A stretch of 25,534 nt of DNA from a virus (lineage: Duplodnaviria > Caudoviricetes), in IMG/VR virus record IMGVR_UViG_3300037422_000108, positions 1-25,534 of that record; one strand, given 5' to 3'. The position numbers were made by a program, and so were the translations under genes. The notes under the pieces are model-generated. The model ran no database searches. It saw only the letters and a program-made list of their open reading frames with translations, and was not told where the DNA came from. How positions within the stretch are numbered: the stretch's first letter is position 1; every line of letters begins with the position of its first letter. Below, one piece after another: positions 1 to 8,286 of this stretch.

Positions 1-41
1 CGACAAACCCGTCAGCTGAGAATAGGTGGTCGCCTTGGAGG

Positions 42-620
42 GTGGTTGAGGAACACTTGACCGAAGAAGCCAAGAAGCGGTGGCCGGCAGAGGACAACCG
101 ACTGGCCCAGGCCGCGAAGGAAGTAAGGGCAAAGGACAAGGCCGTCAGGAATGAGAGGTACTACCTGAGGAAAATGCTCAGGGGCCTGCTGTCAGAGACT
201 GAGGTTTTGGACTTAGGCCGGGAGAACGTGAACCTGCTACTGGACTTGGTGACCCTGCAGGAAATGGGTAGCCAGACTAGGGCCAAGCTAAGAACCGCGA
301 TTACAGACAAAAAGTTCAAGGAGGCTTATGACAGGCTCCTGTTTGACCGCCTGGACCTGGCCATGCCGCATATCATCGAGCGGCTGGCGGAGAAGGCCAG
401 GGAAGGAAACATGACGGCGATCAGGCTGTGCCTTGAAACAAGCGGTAGGCGTCCAGTGGGCAGCTCGAAGATAGAAAAGCCGACTGGCGACCCGAGGGAG
501 AGGGCAGACGAGGACCTGGACAAGGACATACTGCTGACCGCCAGGGCGGCTGGCCTTGACCTAAGGCCGTTTGACGAGGGCTCGGAGGACAAGAGTGACC
601 CAGACGCCTCAGGCTCCTGA
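42..620 (+). CDS. Putative terminase small subunit (possibly 5'-truncated)
   Basis: Immediately upstream of and overlapping TerL; helical, charged, with 'AEKAREGNMTAIRLCLETSG' typical of TerS-like proteins. The frame is open back to position 3, so the true start may lie outside the window. Confidence 0.6.
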   Translation: MVEEHLTEEAKKRWPAEDNRLAQAAKEVRAKDKAVRNERYYLRKMLRGLLSETEVLDLGRENVNLLLDLVTLQEMGSQTRAKLRTAITDKKFKEAYDRLLFDRLDLAMPHIIERLAEKAREGNMTAIRLCLETSGRRPVGSSKIEKPTGDPRERADEDLDKDILLTARAAGLDLRPFDEGSEDKSDPDASGS

Positions 621-2193
621 GGAGGACAGGGCTAAGCGGGAGGCCAAGCTACGCCTTGTCGAACTGCTACAGGAGAGGGCCAGGAGAAACCTGGAGGCCG
701 GAGTCACGGCCTGGAGGCCACCGGCTCCAGGGTGGGACGGGACGACAAAGCCGCCTGTTCCAATGTGGCATCCAGCTCAGTGGCCCATCGTTCAGGACAC
801 CTCACGGATACGCCTTGTCTCTGGGGGGAACAGGTCTGGGAAAAGCGCAGCGATGCTGGCAGAGATTGTCCTGGCCTGCCTGGGGAAGCATCCAACACGG
901 ACGTTCCACACACCCATAAGAGCATGGGTAGCCTCTGACTCACACCAGAAAAACAGGGACTCTGTCTGGCCACTGCTAGAGAAGCTAATACCGAAAAAGG
1001 ACTACCACCCGGTTTATGGGTCGCGCCGAGAAATTCTAAGAAACGTATTTTCCAATGGCTCGGAGCTGAGCCTAAAGAGCTACGAGGCGGAGCGCGAGGC
1101 GTTCCAGGGGCCGGAGATACAGGCTATAGGTCTGGACGAGAGGTCTCCAGAGGACATATTCACAGAATGCGAAATGAGGGGTTCGACATGCAACGGGCTC
1201 CTGATAATGACCACGACACCAGCGGACGGGATAGGTTGGGATTACCGGCGCCTCTACCTGCCAAGCAAAGACAAGGCCCGGGCCAAGGCCATGGGCCTGG
1301 CGGCCTACAAGCTGAACTCACTGGACGCATGGTGGGTCCCCAAGGAAGAAAAACTGAGGTTGAGGGCGTCACTGAACGAAGAGGAATACAGGATCAGGGT
1401 TCTGGGAGAGTACGTCCACCGGCAGGGCCTTGTGTACAAGGATTTCAGTGAGAACGTCCACGTCATGCGAAGCCACAAGCCACCAGACGGCGCCAGGGTC
1501 TATGAGATTTACGACCCAGGGACCAGGACATTCGCCGTGGGCTTGTTCTACGTGGCAACCACAGGGGTCTGCGTCCTGTTCGACGAAATTTACGAGTCAG
1601 AAAAATCAATACCGTTCATAGCTGAGATGGTGAACCAAAAGAGGGAATTTTGGGGATACAAACGGCCGGCCAGGGAACTGATAGACCCGGCGTCAGACCA
1701 GCACCAGCCTGGGATGATACTTTCCGTGAGAGAGCAACTGGACGAGTTTGGGATTCACGCCCAGAGGGCGAACAACGACGAAGCCGCGGGGATTATGAGG
1801 GTGAGGGACTATCTGGTTTTTGAGAAAGACCAGCACGGCCTGCCGATACCGGGCGGGGGGCCCATGTTTTTTGTAACGGACAACTGCAAGAATGCCATCT
1901 ACGAGTTTCAAAACCATTGTTACGACAAGACCGACCCTGAAAAAGAGGATGACAGGACTCAGAAAAAGCTGGACCACCTTCTTGACTGCTCAAGGTACTT
2001 CGTTCTTGACCTGCCCATGCCAGCCCGGGTCCTGGTGGACACTGGATGGGACAAAAGCATAGGAAACCTAGTCCAGCTTTCGCAGGAAAGGGTGCTGAAC
2101 CGGCCAGCAAAGCGGTTCAGGCGAGACGCCGTGAGACTGCACAGGCCAGGAAGGACTCAGGGTATTTCCATGAGGGCTCAAGAGGGCATATAA
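595..2193 (+). CDS. terL: Terminase large subunit
   Basis: Adenine-binding 'WHPAQ', Walker A 'VSGGNRSGKS', Walker B 'AIGLDE', motif III 'TTTP', RNase H-like nuclease 'IYDPG...DHLLDCSRY'. GTG at 595 preferred over TTG 571 because GGAGG lies at 584-588. Confidence 0.95.
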   Translation: MTQTPQAPEEDRAKREAKLRLVELLQERARRNLEAGVTAWRPPAPGWDGTTKPPVPMWHPAQWPIVQDTSRIRLVSGGNRSGKSAAMLAEIVLACLGKHPTRTFHTPIRAWVASDSHQKNRDSVWPLLEKLIPKKDYHPVYGSRREILRNVFSNGSELSLKSYEAEREAFQGPEIQAIGLDERSPEDIFTECEMRGSTCNGLLIMTTTPADGIGWDYRRLYLPSKDKARAKAMGLAAYKLNSLDAWWVPKEEKLRLRASLNEEEYRIRVLGEYVHRQGLVYKDFSENVHVMRSHKPPDGARVYEIYDPGTRTFAVGLFYVATTGVCVLFDEIYESEKSIPFIAEMVNQKREFWGYKRPARELIDPASDQHQPGMILSVREQLDEFGIHAQRANNDEAAGIMRVRDYLVFEKDQHGLPIPGGGPMFFVTDNCKNAIYEFQNHCYDKTDPEKEDDRTQKKLDHLLDCSRYFVLDLPMPARVLVDTGWDKSIGNLVQLSQERVLNRPAKRFRRDAVRLHRPGRTQGISMRAQEGI

Positions 2194-2194
2194 T
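2165..2194 (+). promoter_or_regulatory. Candidate sigma70-type promoter for portal gene (leaderless)
   Basis: TTTCCA (2165-2170) - 18 nt - perfect TATAAT (2189-2194); portal ATG at 2203 has no good Shine-Dalgarno. Confidence 0.4.
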
Positions 2195-2202
2195 CACTGC
2201 CA

Positions 2203-4158
2203 ATGGTGCGTTACGGGTCTGAGGCGCGAGGCGGCATCCTAAGTCCCTTGATGAAGGAGTGGTCTGAAAAGGCCATCATAGGGCTGAATGCCGTGCGGCC
2301 TTACCGAGAGAAGGCAGAGGAAAATCTGGAGTTCTACCTGGGGAACCAACTGGACTCCGGGCCGGAACCAAGCCCAGTCTTGACGAACTTCTACTACTCA
2401 ATCATGCGGATCATGCTGGCCGCCATCTACGCAGACAACCCAAGGGCGAGGGTAAAGCCAATTTTCGTAGGCGACAGCGACCCGGGTTCAATTCTGCTGA
2501 GGAAAGACCACGCTAGGGGCTACGAGGCCCTGATTATGGACGCATTGAAGGCGTGCAAAATGAAGAAGCAGGCCAAGAAGGGAATCCTGTCGGCTGGACT
2601 CTGCGGCAGGTCCATGATGTACATAGGATTTTCGGCGGTCATAGGCAAGCGCACTGGCCAGAATTACGTCACCCCAAAGACCAAGAGCAAGTATCAGGTG
2701 GGGACACCGGCAGACGAGAACTCGGACTCGGAGGTTAGGTCAGAAAAGGTGTGGGGCAGGCATTTCAGCCAGTTCAACTACTTCTATGACCCGGCCGCGG
2801 AGGAAATGGACGAGAGCCCGTACCTATTTATAGACCACGCCGCAGACCTTGAGGAAGCCAGGCACAACATGAACTTTGCCAACGCCTCAAAACTGAAACC
2901 CACCGGGACCTACGCAGAGTCCTCCTACTTCACTGGGCTCGAAGGCTTTGAGCAGAGACTGTTCAACAAGTCAGGGATGAGCCACAGGGGAATACCAGAG
3001 CACGCCAAGAAGGTGATCCTGAGGGACATCTACGCCTTGAAGGACAGGAAGGTGTACACCTACGCCGTGGGCAACGAGAACCTTGGAATGCTCAGGGACA
3101 CGCCGTGGCCATTTACAAAATTGAGGGGCTACCCGGCTGTGGAGCTTGCTTTCAACCCCATGGTTGACTCGCAGTGGTACATACCAGAAGTGTCGAACCT
3201 CAGGGGGGCGCAGGACGAGGTGAATATTCTGGATGTCCAAACATCAAACTTCTACAGGCGGCTGATGAACGTTGTCCTCTATGAGGAGGGTTCCATGGAG
3301 GACGAGGAAGTAGAGAAGCTGATGCAGGCCGAGATAGCCGAGGCCATCAAGTACAGGCGGACACCGCCTTCTGGGTTCAAAATGCCTCCCATGTCGCCGG
3401 AGTTTTTCGCGAGGCGCAGGGAACTGAACGAGTCAGCCGAGCGGGAGAGCCACCTGCCGGAGTGGGTCACGTCAGGCAGGTCCATGCGGACAAGGTCTGC
3501 CACGGAGTCCAACGCGATCCAGCAGGCCATGAGTTCATTTGTCAATGAGAAGGTGGACACGGTTCAGGAGTGGATGGGGGAAATATACGAGAAGATGGCC
3601 CTGCTGATGCAGGAAGCCTACCAGCTAAAGCACGTGGTCCCGGTGATAGGGGAACTTGGCCCCAGGTGGATAAACTTCAACGCCAGGGACGTCACAGAGG
3701 ATATTGACGTTTCCATAGTTCCATACTCAGGGCTTCCGAACACGCCTCAGATGGAATTGCAGAAGGCTCTGCAGACCCTGAACCTTGCCGTTTCGACTTC
3801 GCAGGCGGTCCCGGGACTAGTGCAACTGCCGACCCTCCTGAGGGACGTTTTTCAGAAGCTGAATCCAGGGGAGGACGTTGACGCCTGGTTCAATACCGCC
3901 ATGCTCCAGCAACTTATAACCAACCTGGAGGTTCAGAGGGTGCTGGCCGCGAGGCTGGCAGAAAGACTGCCGGAAATAATAGCCATGGCCCAATCGTCCC
4001 TGCCAGCCGTAGGGGGGGAACTAGGTGGGATCCTGCAGAGCGCGCTTGGTGGCGGGGGCCCAGGGGGGCCTGGGGGTAAGCCACAGGGACAGCCAGCCCA
4101 GGTCCAGCCAGAGGTGACAGAACAGACAGGAGCGCCAGGAAGGCCGAGAATAGCGTGA
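2203..4158 (+). CDS. Portal protein (P22/podovirus-like)
   Basis: 651 aa directly after TerL; 'NLEFYLGNQ', 'NFYYSIMR...NPRARVKP', 'YFYDPAAE', 'RSATESNAIQQ' and a low-complexity G/P/Q tail match podoviral portal patterns. Confidence 0.9.
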   Translation: MVRYGSEARGGILSPLMKEWSEKAIIGLNAVRPYREKAEENLEFYLGNQLDSGPEPSPVLTNFYYSIMRIMLAAIYADNPRARVKPIFVGDSDPGSILLRKDHARGYEALIMDALKACKMKKQAKKGILSAGLCGRSMMYIGFSAVIGKRTGQNYVTPKTKSKYQVGTPADENSDSEVRSEKVWGRHFSQFNYFYDPAAEEMDESPYLFIDHAADLEEARHNMNFANASKLKPTGTYAESSYFTGLEGFEQRLFNKSGMSHRGIPEHAKKVILRDIYALKDRKVYTYAVGNENLGMLRDTPWPFTKLRGYPAVELAFNPMVDSQWYIPEVSNLRGAQDEVNILDVQTSNFYRRLMNVVLYEEGSMEDEEVEKLMQAEIAEAIKYRRTPPSGFKMPPMSPEFFARRRELNESAERESHLPEWVTSGRSMRTRSATESNAIQQAMSSFVNEKVDTVQEWMGEIYEKMALLMQEAYQLKHVVPVIGELGPRWINFNARDVTEDIDVSIVPYSGLPNTPQMELQKALQTLNLAVSTSQAVPGLVQLPTLLRDVFQKLNPGEDVDAWFNTAMLQQLITNLEVQRVLAARLAERLPEIIAMAQSSLPAVGGELGGILQSALGGGGPGGPGGKPQGQPAQVQPEVTEQTGAPGRPRIA

Positions 4159-4173
4159 CCAAGGGATTGTGGC

Positions 4174-4203
4174 TTGACAAAATTGTAGCGCTAGGGGCAG
4201 TAT
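4174..4203 (+). promoter_or_regulatory. Candidate sigma70-type promoter upstream of Zn-ribbon/scaffold/capsid genes
   Basis: Perfect TTGACA at 4174-4179 in an AT-richer intergenic gap; -10 is weak (CAGTAT 4198-4203 at 18 nt, or TATAGC 4201-4206 at 21 nt). Confidence 0.4.
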
Positions 4204-4207
4204 AGCT

Positions 4208-4498
4208 ATGCCATGGTATGACCTGATTTGTGAGGATCCTGGTTGTGCCCACGAGTTTGATGTGCTTCATGGGATAAGGGAGCCTCACCCAGACTGCCCG
4301 AAGTGCGGTAAGACGGCGCGGAGGGATTTCAAGCCTGGAAGCCTCAGCCTGGACGGGACCAGTCAGCAGGGATGGCCCCGGCAGTGCATGAGCTTCGCGC
4401 CAGTGAAGGGGCCGGACGGGAAGGTGAGGGACATGGAGTTTAGGAACTCCAGGGAAATGGCGAAGTACGCGCGGAGCCAGCGCATAGACTTGGGTTAG
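4208..4498 (+). CDS. FmdB-family zinc-ribbon protein
   Basis: 'MPWYDLICEDPGCAHEFDV...CPKCGKTARR' fits the MPxYxYxC..C..FE...CPxCG FmdB pattern; such genes commonly sit between portal and scaffold in this phage type. Confidence 0.85.
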   Translation: MPWYDLICEDPGCAHEFDVLHGIREPHPDCPKCGKTARRDFKPGSLSLDGTSQQGWPRQCMSFAPVKGPDGKVRDMEFRNSREMAKYARSQRIDLG

Positions 4499-4501
4499 TT
4501 C

Positions 4502-4573
4502 GGGCCGGGAAGCCTCACGCGGGGCAACCGGGCCCACGGCAAAAACCCTCGCAACCCGGCGGACGACCCGCCG
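4502..4573 (+). promoter_or_regulatory. Two GC-rich hairpins in scaffold 5' UTR
   Basis: GGGCCGG..GCCTC-ACGC-GGGGC..CCGGGCCC (4502-4535) and CGGCGG-ACGAC-CCGCCG (4557-4573), directly before SD AAGGAG and GTG 4588. Confidence 0.45.
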
Positions 4574-4587
4574 AGAAGGAGCGAAAG

Positions 4588-5541
4588 GTGACGGGACCAA
4601 AGGGCGGGACTGGAACCATGACCCCATCGAAGGCTGGTGGAAGTGGAAATCAGGACCCCGCAGCTGGTTCACAGGACGGGCCGGACGACCAACTGCCAGC
4701 AGGTGGCGGAGTCGGCGGCTCGGACGGGGGCGGCAGTATCGGCCCTTCCTTGGAAACGATACCATCTGAAATCCGTCCCTGGGTTGAGAAGGGAACGGCG
4801 GAATACAAGCAGCAACTGTTGGCTGACTACACCAGAAAGACGCAGGAGCTGTCGGACAAGGGGAAGGGCATGGAGAGCACGATACGGCTCCTGGCCTTCT
4901 ACCGCGACGCGGCTTCGCATCCTCTGGTGCAGAGCGCCATAGGGGCTGTGAGTGGACGCCAGGACTTTATTGACCCGAGGTACGCGCATCTGGTAAAGGC
5001 TGTGTCCCCGTCAGGGGGAGCGCCGACGCCAGGAGCCGCACCAGCGGATGAACTGCCGCAGGATTTGGCCTCCATGAGCACCGAGGAATATACCAAGTGG
5101 TTACTCGGTAAAAATCGGAGCGAAATTCAGGCCGAGATAAGAGCGGCCTTGGCGCCGGTTGTAGGACAACTGGGGTCAAAGATACAGTCCTTTGAGAACA
5201 AGGGCCGCGAGGAGCGGTTCTCGATTCTCTCTCAGGACTTTCCGACAGCGGCAGGCAGACGCCAGGAGATTTTCGACCTGGCCGACAAACCGGGCATGGA
5301 TTTTGACCGAGCTTTCTATGCGGTCATGGGCCCGGACATCCAGAAGGGGCTGGAGGACAGAGCCGAGAAGGACAGACGCGAGGCGGTAACCAAGGCGAGA
5401 GGGCTCGACTTTGGCATGGGGCATGGAAGCGTCAGGGCGGTGGACGCCAGGTCCGTTCAAGGCGACAGCTTTGCGGAGATTATGGCGGACATGGCCAAGA
5501 ATGGCAGACTCCCAAGCCAACAGCAGGGCAAGGCAGCCTGA
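4588..5541 (+). CDS. Capsid scaffolding protein
   Basis: Directly upstream of MCP; disordered G/D/P-rich N-terminus, hallmark 'ADYTRKTQELS' scaffold motif, helical remainder; AGGAG SD before GTG. Confidence 0.88.
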   Translation: MTGPKGGTGTMTPSKAGGSGNQDPAAGSQDGPDDQLPAGGGVGGSDGGGSIGPSLETIPSEIRPWVEKGTAEYKQQLLADYTRKTQELSDKGKGMESTIRLLAFYRDAASHPLVQSAIGAVSGRQDFIDPRYAHLVKAVSPSGGAPTPGAAPADELPQDLASMSTEEYTKWLLGKNRSEIQAEIRAALAPVVGQLGSKIQSFENKGREERFSILSQDFPTAAGRRQEIFDLADKPGMDFDRAFYAVMGPDIQKGLEDRAEKDRREAVTKARGLDFGMGHGSVRAVDARSVQGDSFAEIMADMAKNGRLPSQQQGKAA

Positions 5542-5564
5542 GGCCGCAAGGAGCGTGAAGTAAG

Positions 5565-6509
5565 ATGGCCGCTATCAACTACGGGCCTGCGAACTTCGGT
5601 GACGACTTAACCGCTGGGCTGCAGGTCTATTTCGACAAGACGGCGGCGGACAACGTTTTCGGTCCCAATCCTCTGCTGAAGTATTTGACCGAGGACGCGT
5701 GGAGGGAAGAGGGCGGCGTGAGCATCCGGGTTCCCCTGGAGATCGCGACTTCCTCAGCTGTGGGTTCCTACTCACCCTACGAAACCCTCAACGTGACGCC
5801 TCAGCAGAATTTCACCACGGGTAACTATCCGTGGCGGGATTACTACGCGACCGTCACCATTTCGCACCAGGAGATGAGGCAGAACGCCGGGCCCAAGGTG
5901 TTCCCCCTCCTCCAGGCGCGCGCGAGAAACGCCATGGCGTCACTGCGGCGCCAGGTGTGGACAGACCTGTGGGCCACGTCAAAAGTCAAGGCAACCGACA
6001 TCGACCCCTTGCCCCTGCTGGTGGACGACACCGGCACAGTGGGAGAGGTGGACGGCGCTGTGTACGCCTTCTGGAGAAGCCAGGACATCACGTCCGGGCC
6101 CTTCACGACCCAAGGCGTGAGCGACATGAGAAGGCTGTTCGACAGCACCTCCAACGAGCTTGACGACCCGCCAACGGTCAGCTTCACGACCCAGACGGTG
6201 TACGAGCTCTACGAGGCTGAGACGATAAAGATTCTGCGTCTGGCCCCCGCGAGGAACGCTGACCTCAGCTTCCAGCATCTGCTCTTGAGGGGCATCCCGG
6301 TCATGTGGGACAGCAAGTGCCCGAGTGGGCAACTGTACATGCTGAACACGAGATCGACAAAGCTGGCTCTAGACTCCGGCGATGAGTTCACCGTCGGGAA
6401 GTTCATAGAAGCCAGGGACGCCAAGGTGATGACCAGCATCATCACCCTTCGCACTAACCTGATCACCTCCATTCGCAAGCGCGATGGACGGTTGGTCAGC
6501 ATCTCCTAA
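5565..6509 (+). CDS. Major capsid protein (HK97 fold)
   Basis: 314 aa after scaffold; 'DNVFGPNPLL', 'GGVSIRVPLE', 'GSYSPYETL', 'YYATVTIS', 'GIPVMWD..CPSGQLYMLNT' match a widespread podoviral MCP family. Confidence 0.92.
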   Translation: MAAINYGPANFGDDLTAGLQVYFDKTAADNVFGPNPLLKYLTEDAWREEGGVSIRVPLEIATSSAVGSYSPYETLNVTPQQNFTTGNYPWRDYYATVTISHQEMRQNAGPKVFPLLQARARNAMASLRRQVWTDLWATSKVKATDIDPLPLLVDDTGTVGEVDGAVYAFWRSQDITSGPFTTQGVSDMRRLFDSTSNELDDPPTVSFTTQTVYELYEAETIKILRLAPARNADLSFQHLLLRGIPVMWDSKCPSGQLYMLNTRSTKLALDSGDEFTVGKFIEARDAKVMTSIITLRTNLITSIRKRDGRLVSIS

Positions 6510-6518
6510 GGGGGGGCC

Positions 6519-7082
6519 ATGGCGACTCCGGCTATTGTTCGGATCATCAACACGACCTCTCTGAAAAACTCGGTCAACTTCCTGGCGGAAGCTGGCTTGG
6601 GCCGGAGGTCGGAAAACGTCAACTTCATAGGCGCGGACGTTTCGGGGAATATGTACACCCTGAAACTGAATGGCGACACCGCCGCGCGTCTGGAAGGGGA
6701 CTTGACCTGCCTCAAGTGGTCCAACGCCATCGACGCAGGGGGAGAGTGCATTCGGCCAACGACAGGGAATTTCAGGTCGCTGGTGGGTGCATGGGCCGGT
6801 GGGGTGGCCGCGTCAAACTCGACGACGGACAACCCCTACCAGTGGGTTCAGTGGTTCGGGGACGACGTTATCAACGTCACCGCCGGGTTAGCGCATGGCG
6901 CCGACCCGACGGACCTCTCCAGCTACATGATCCCGGCCAACGCCGCGGACAGCGCCGCTGCCGCAGCGGCAGTCGCGGCTGACCTGTCGGACCTCCACGA
7001 CTGGCGCGTGGCGCGCAACCTCAGCTCTATCGGGGCCGGCGCAACCACCGCTTCTGTCTGGTGGGGTCTGACGGCGCTCTAA
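6519..7082 (+). CDS. Putative capsid decoration/cement protein
   Basis: Immediately after MCP; small, Ala/Gly-rich, 'YQWVQWFG' resembles the YGWxQxxG motif of capsid-associated beta proteins. Confidence 0.6.
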   Translation: MATPAIVRIINTTSLKNSVNFLAEAGLGRRSENVNFIGADVSGNMYTLKLNGDTAARLEGDLTCLKWSNAIDAGGECIRPTTGNFRSLVGAWAGGVAASNSTTDNPYQWVQWFGDDVINVTAGLAHGADPTDLSSYMIPANAADSAAAAAAVAADLSDLHDWRVARNLSSIGAGATTASVWWGLTAL

Positions 7083-7112
7083 GAGGCCGAAGGGGAGAAA
7101 GCAAGGGCGGAT

Positions 7113-7143
7113 GGTCCCCGGGGGCTGCTGGCCCCCGGGGGCC
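7113..7143 (+). terminator. Strong GC hairpin after capsid genes (terminator, attenuator or mRNA stabiliser; no U-tract)
   Basis: GGTCCCCGGGGGC-TGCTG-GCCCCCGGGGGCC, 13 bp stem with one G-U pair. Confidence 0.5.
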
Positions 7144-7174
7144 TGTCCACCTCAAAGATTTAAAGGAGGATGGC

Positions 7175-7936
7175 GTGGGCGACAAGGGTGGTATTGAGTC
7201 TCTGCCGAGGCGGAAAAAGGACGGGTCTTTGGTGAAGGATGGCTATGGCTTTCCTATCACAGACCTGTGGACAACCGAGGCGATGTATGGCCTAAAGGTG
7301 CTGGTGGACAGGTACAACGAGGCCATGAACGAGGGGGAAAGGACGGACTGGGGCCGCAAGGCCACCATGAGGCCGACCCCCCTTGGGGACGGGCGTTTCA
7401 TCCTGGCCAGTTCCGCCGGGAGGCTACGGCTTGTCTCGGAGCCAGAGGTGAAGAGCAGGACTGCCCAGGTGCAGGACCAGCTGGCGGAGATTCACGCCAA
7501 GATGCAGGCCGGCGGGATTCAGATGCCAACGCCAACGGACGACAGCTACTTTGAGTCGTTCTGCGGTCAGAACGACGAGAAACAGATGGAACTCATCAGA
7601 ACAGGGGATGCCGACCACATCCTTGCCGACATCGTGAAAACCCAAAGGGTTTCTGATGCCGTCAAGAGCGAGGTGACCAAGAGGGTCGAGGCCAAGGTGG
7701 AGGAGCTGAGGGGAATCACCAGGGTTGAGGCGGACCCGGCCCCGGCCCCCTTGACCAAGGAAGAGGCTGAGGCGTCGCCACGCGGGAGTCTGGTGGACGA
7801 GCAACTTGGCGACAGGCCAGAGGAAAACGAGGCCCAGCCTGCGGTTGAGAAGGTTCCTGTGGGAGCCGGTGCAGGCACGGTGGGAAGGGTGGACCCGGGC
7901 AATCTAGCCGGACTTGGAGAGGAGGCTAGCAGCTAA
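7175..7936 (+). CDS. Hypothetical protein with acidic C-terminus
   Basis: ORF-track 7061..7936 trimmed to GTG 7175, which follows AGGAGG (7164-7169) and the intergenic hairpin; stop overlaps next start (TAATG). Confidence 0.8.
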   Translation: MGDKGGIESLPRRKKDGSLVKDGYGFPITDLWTTEAMYGLKVLVDRYNEAMNEGERTDWGRKATMRPTPLGDGRFILASSAGRLRLVSEPEVKSRTAQVQDQLAEIHAKMQAGGIQMPTPTDDSYFESFCGQNDEKQMELIRTGDADHILADIVKTQRVSDAVKSEVTKRVEAKVEELRGITRVEADPAPAPLTKEEAEASPRGSLVDEQLGDRPEENEAQPAVEKVPVGAGAGTVGRVDPGNLAGLGEEASS

Positions 7937-8286
7937 TGAACGGCCAGGTTCTTATCGAGAATGAGCGCATCAAGGATGCTCTGCTCCTTGACGCGCAGAG
8001 CGGGACCAGCGATGGGGCCTGGGTATCGGCTGGCCCTTACGGCGGGGATGATTACACCATCTCAGTTTCGGGGGTGTCTGGCGATACTATGCAACTGAGG
8101 GGCAGCAACGCCACAGAACAGCCACCGGCGGCAAATGACGGGGACGGCCAGATTGGCGGGGATATCACCGCCAACGGGGTCTATCAGAAAGAGACACTGG
8201 GCTCCCTGACCAAGTGGATCAAGATGAAAAAGACTGTCGGGGGCGGGACTGTCACGGCGCGGTTTTTCGGACGGAGGCCAAGCTGA
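7936..8286 (+). CDS. Small beta-sandwich virion-associated protein (putative)
   Basis: 'LLDAQSGTSDGAWVS..TISVSG..TMQLRGSN..KWIKMK' alternating beta-strand pattern common in podoviral accessory structural proteins; translationally coupled on both sides. Confidence 0.65.
   Translation: MNGQVLIENERIKDALLLDAQSGTSDGAWVSAGPYGGDDYTISVSGVSGDTMQLRGSNATEQPPAANDGDGQIGGDITANGVYQKETLGSLTKWIKMKKTVGGGTVTARFFGRRPS

Noticed and set aside
595-6509. Inteins, introns or stop-codon reassignment in TerL, portal or MCP
   Set aside because: Proteins are normal length, uninterrupted under the standard code, and TAA, TAG and TGA all serve as real stops in the window.
7061-7174. N-terminal extension of the 7061..7936 ORF (likewise 8214, 9098, 15919 and 22072 starts)
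   Set aside because: These extensions overlap upstream genes, a hairpin or the tRNA; downstream starts have better SD or translational coupling.
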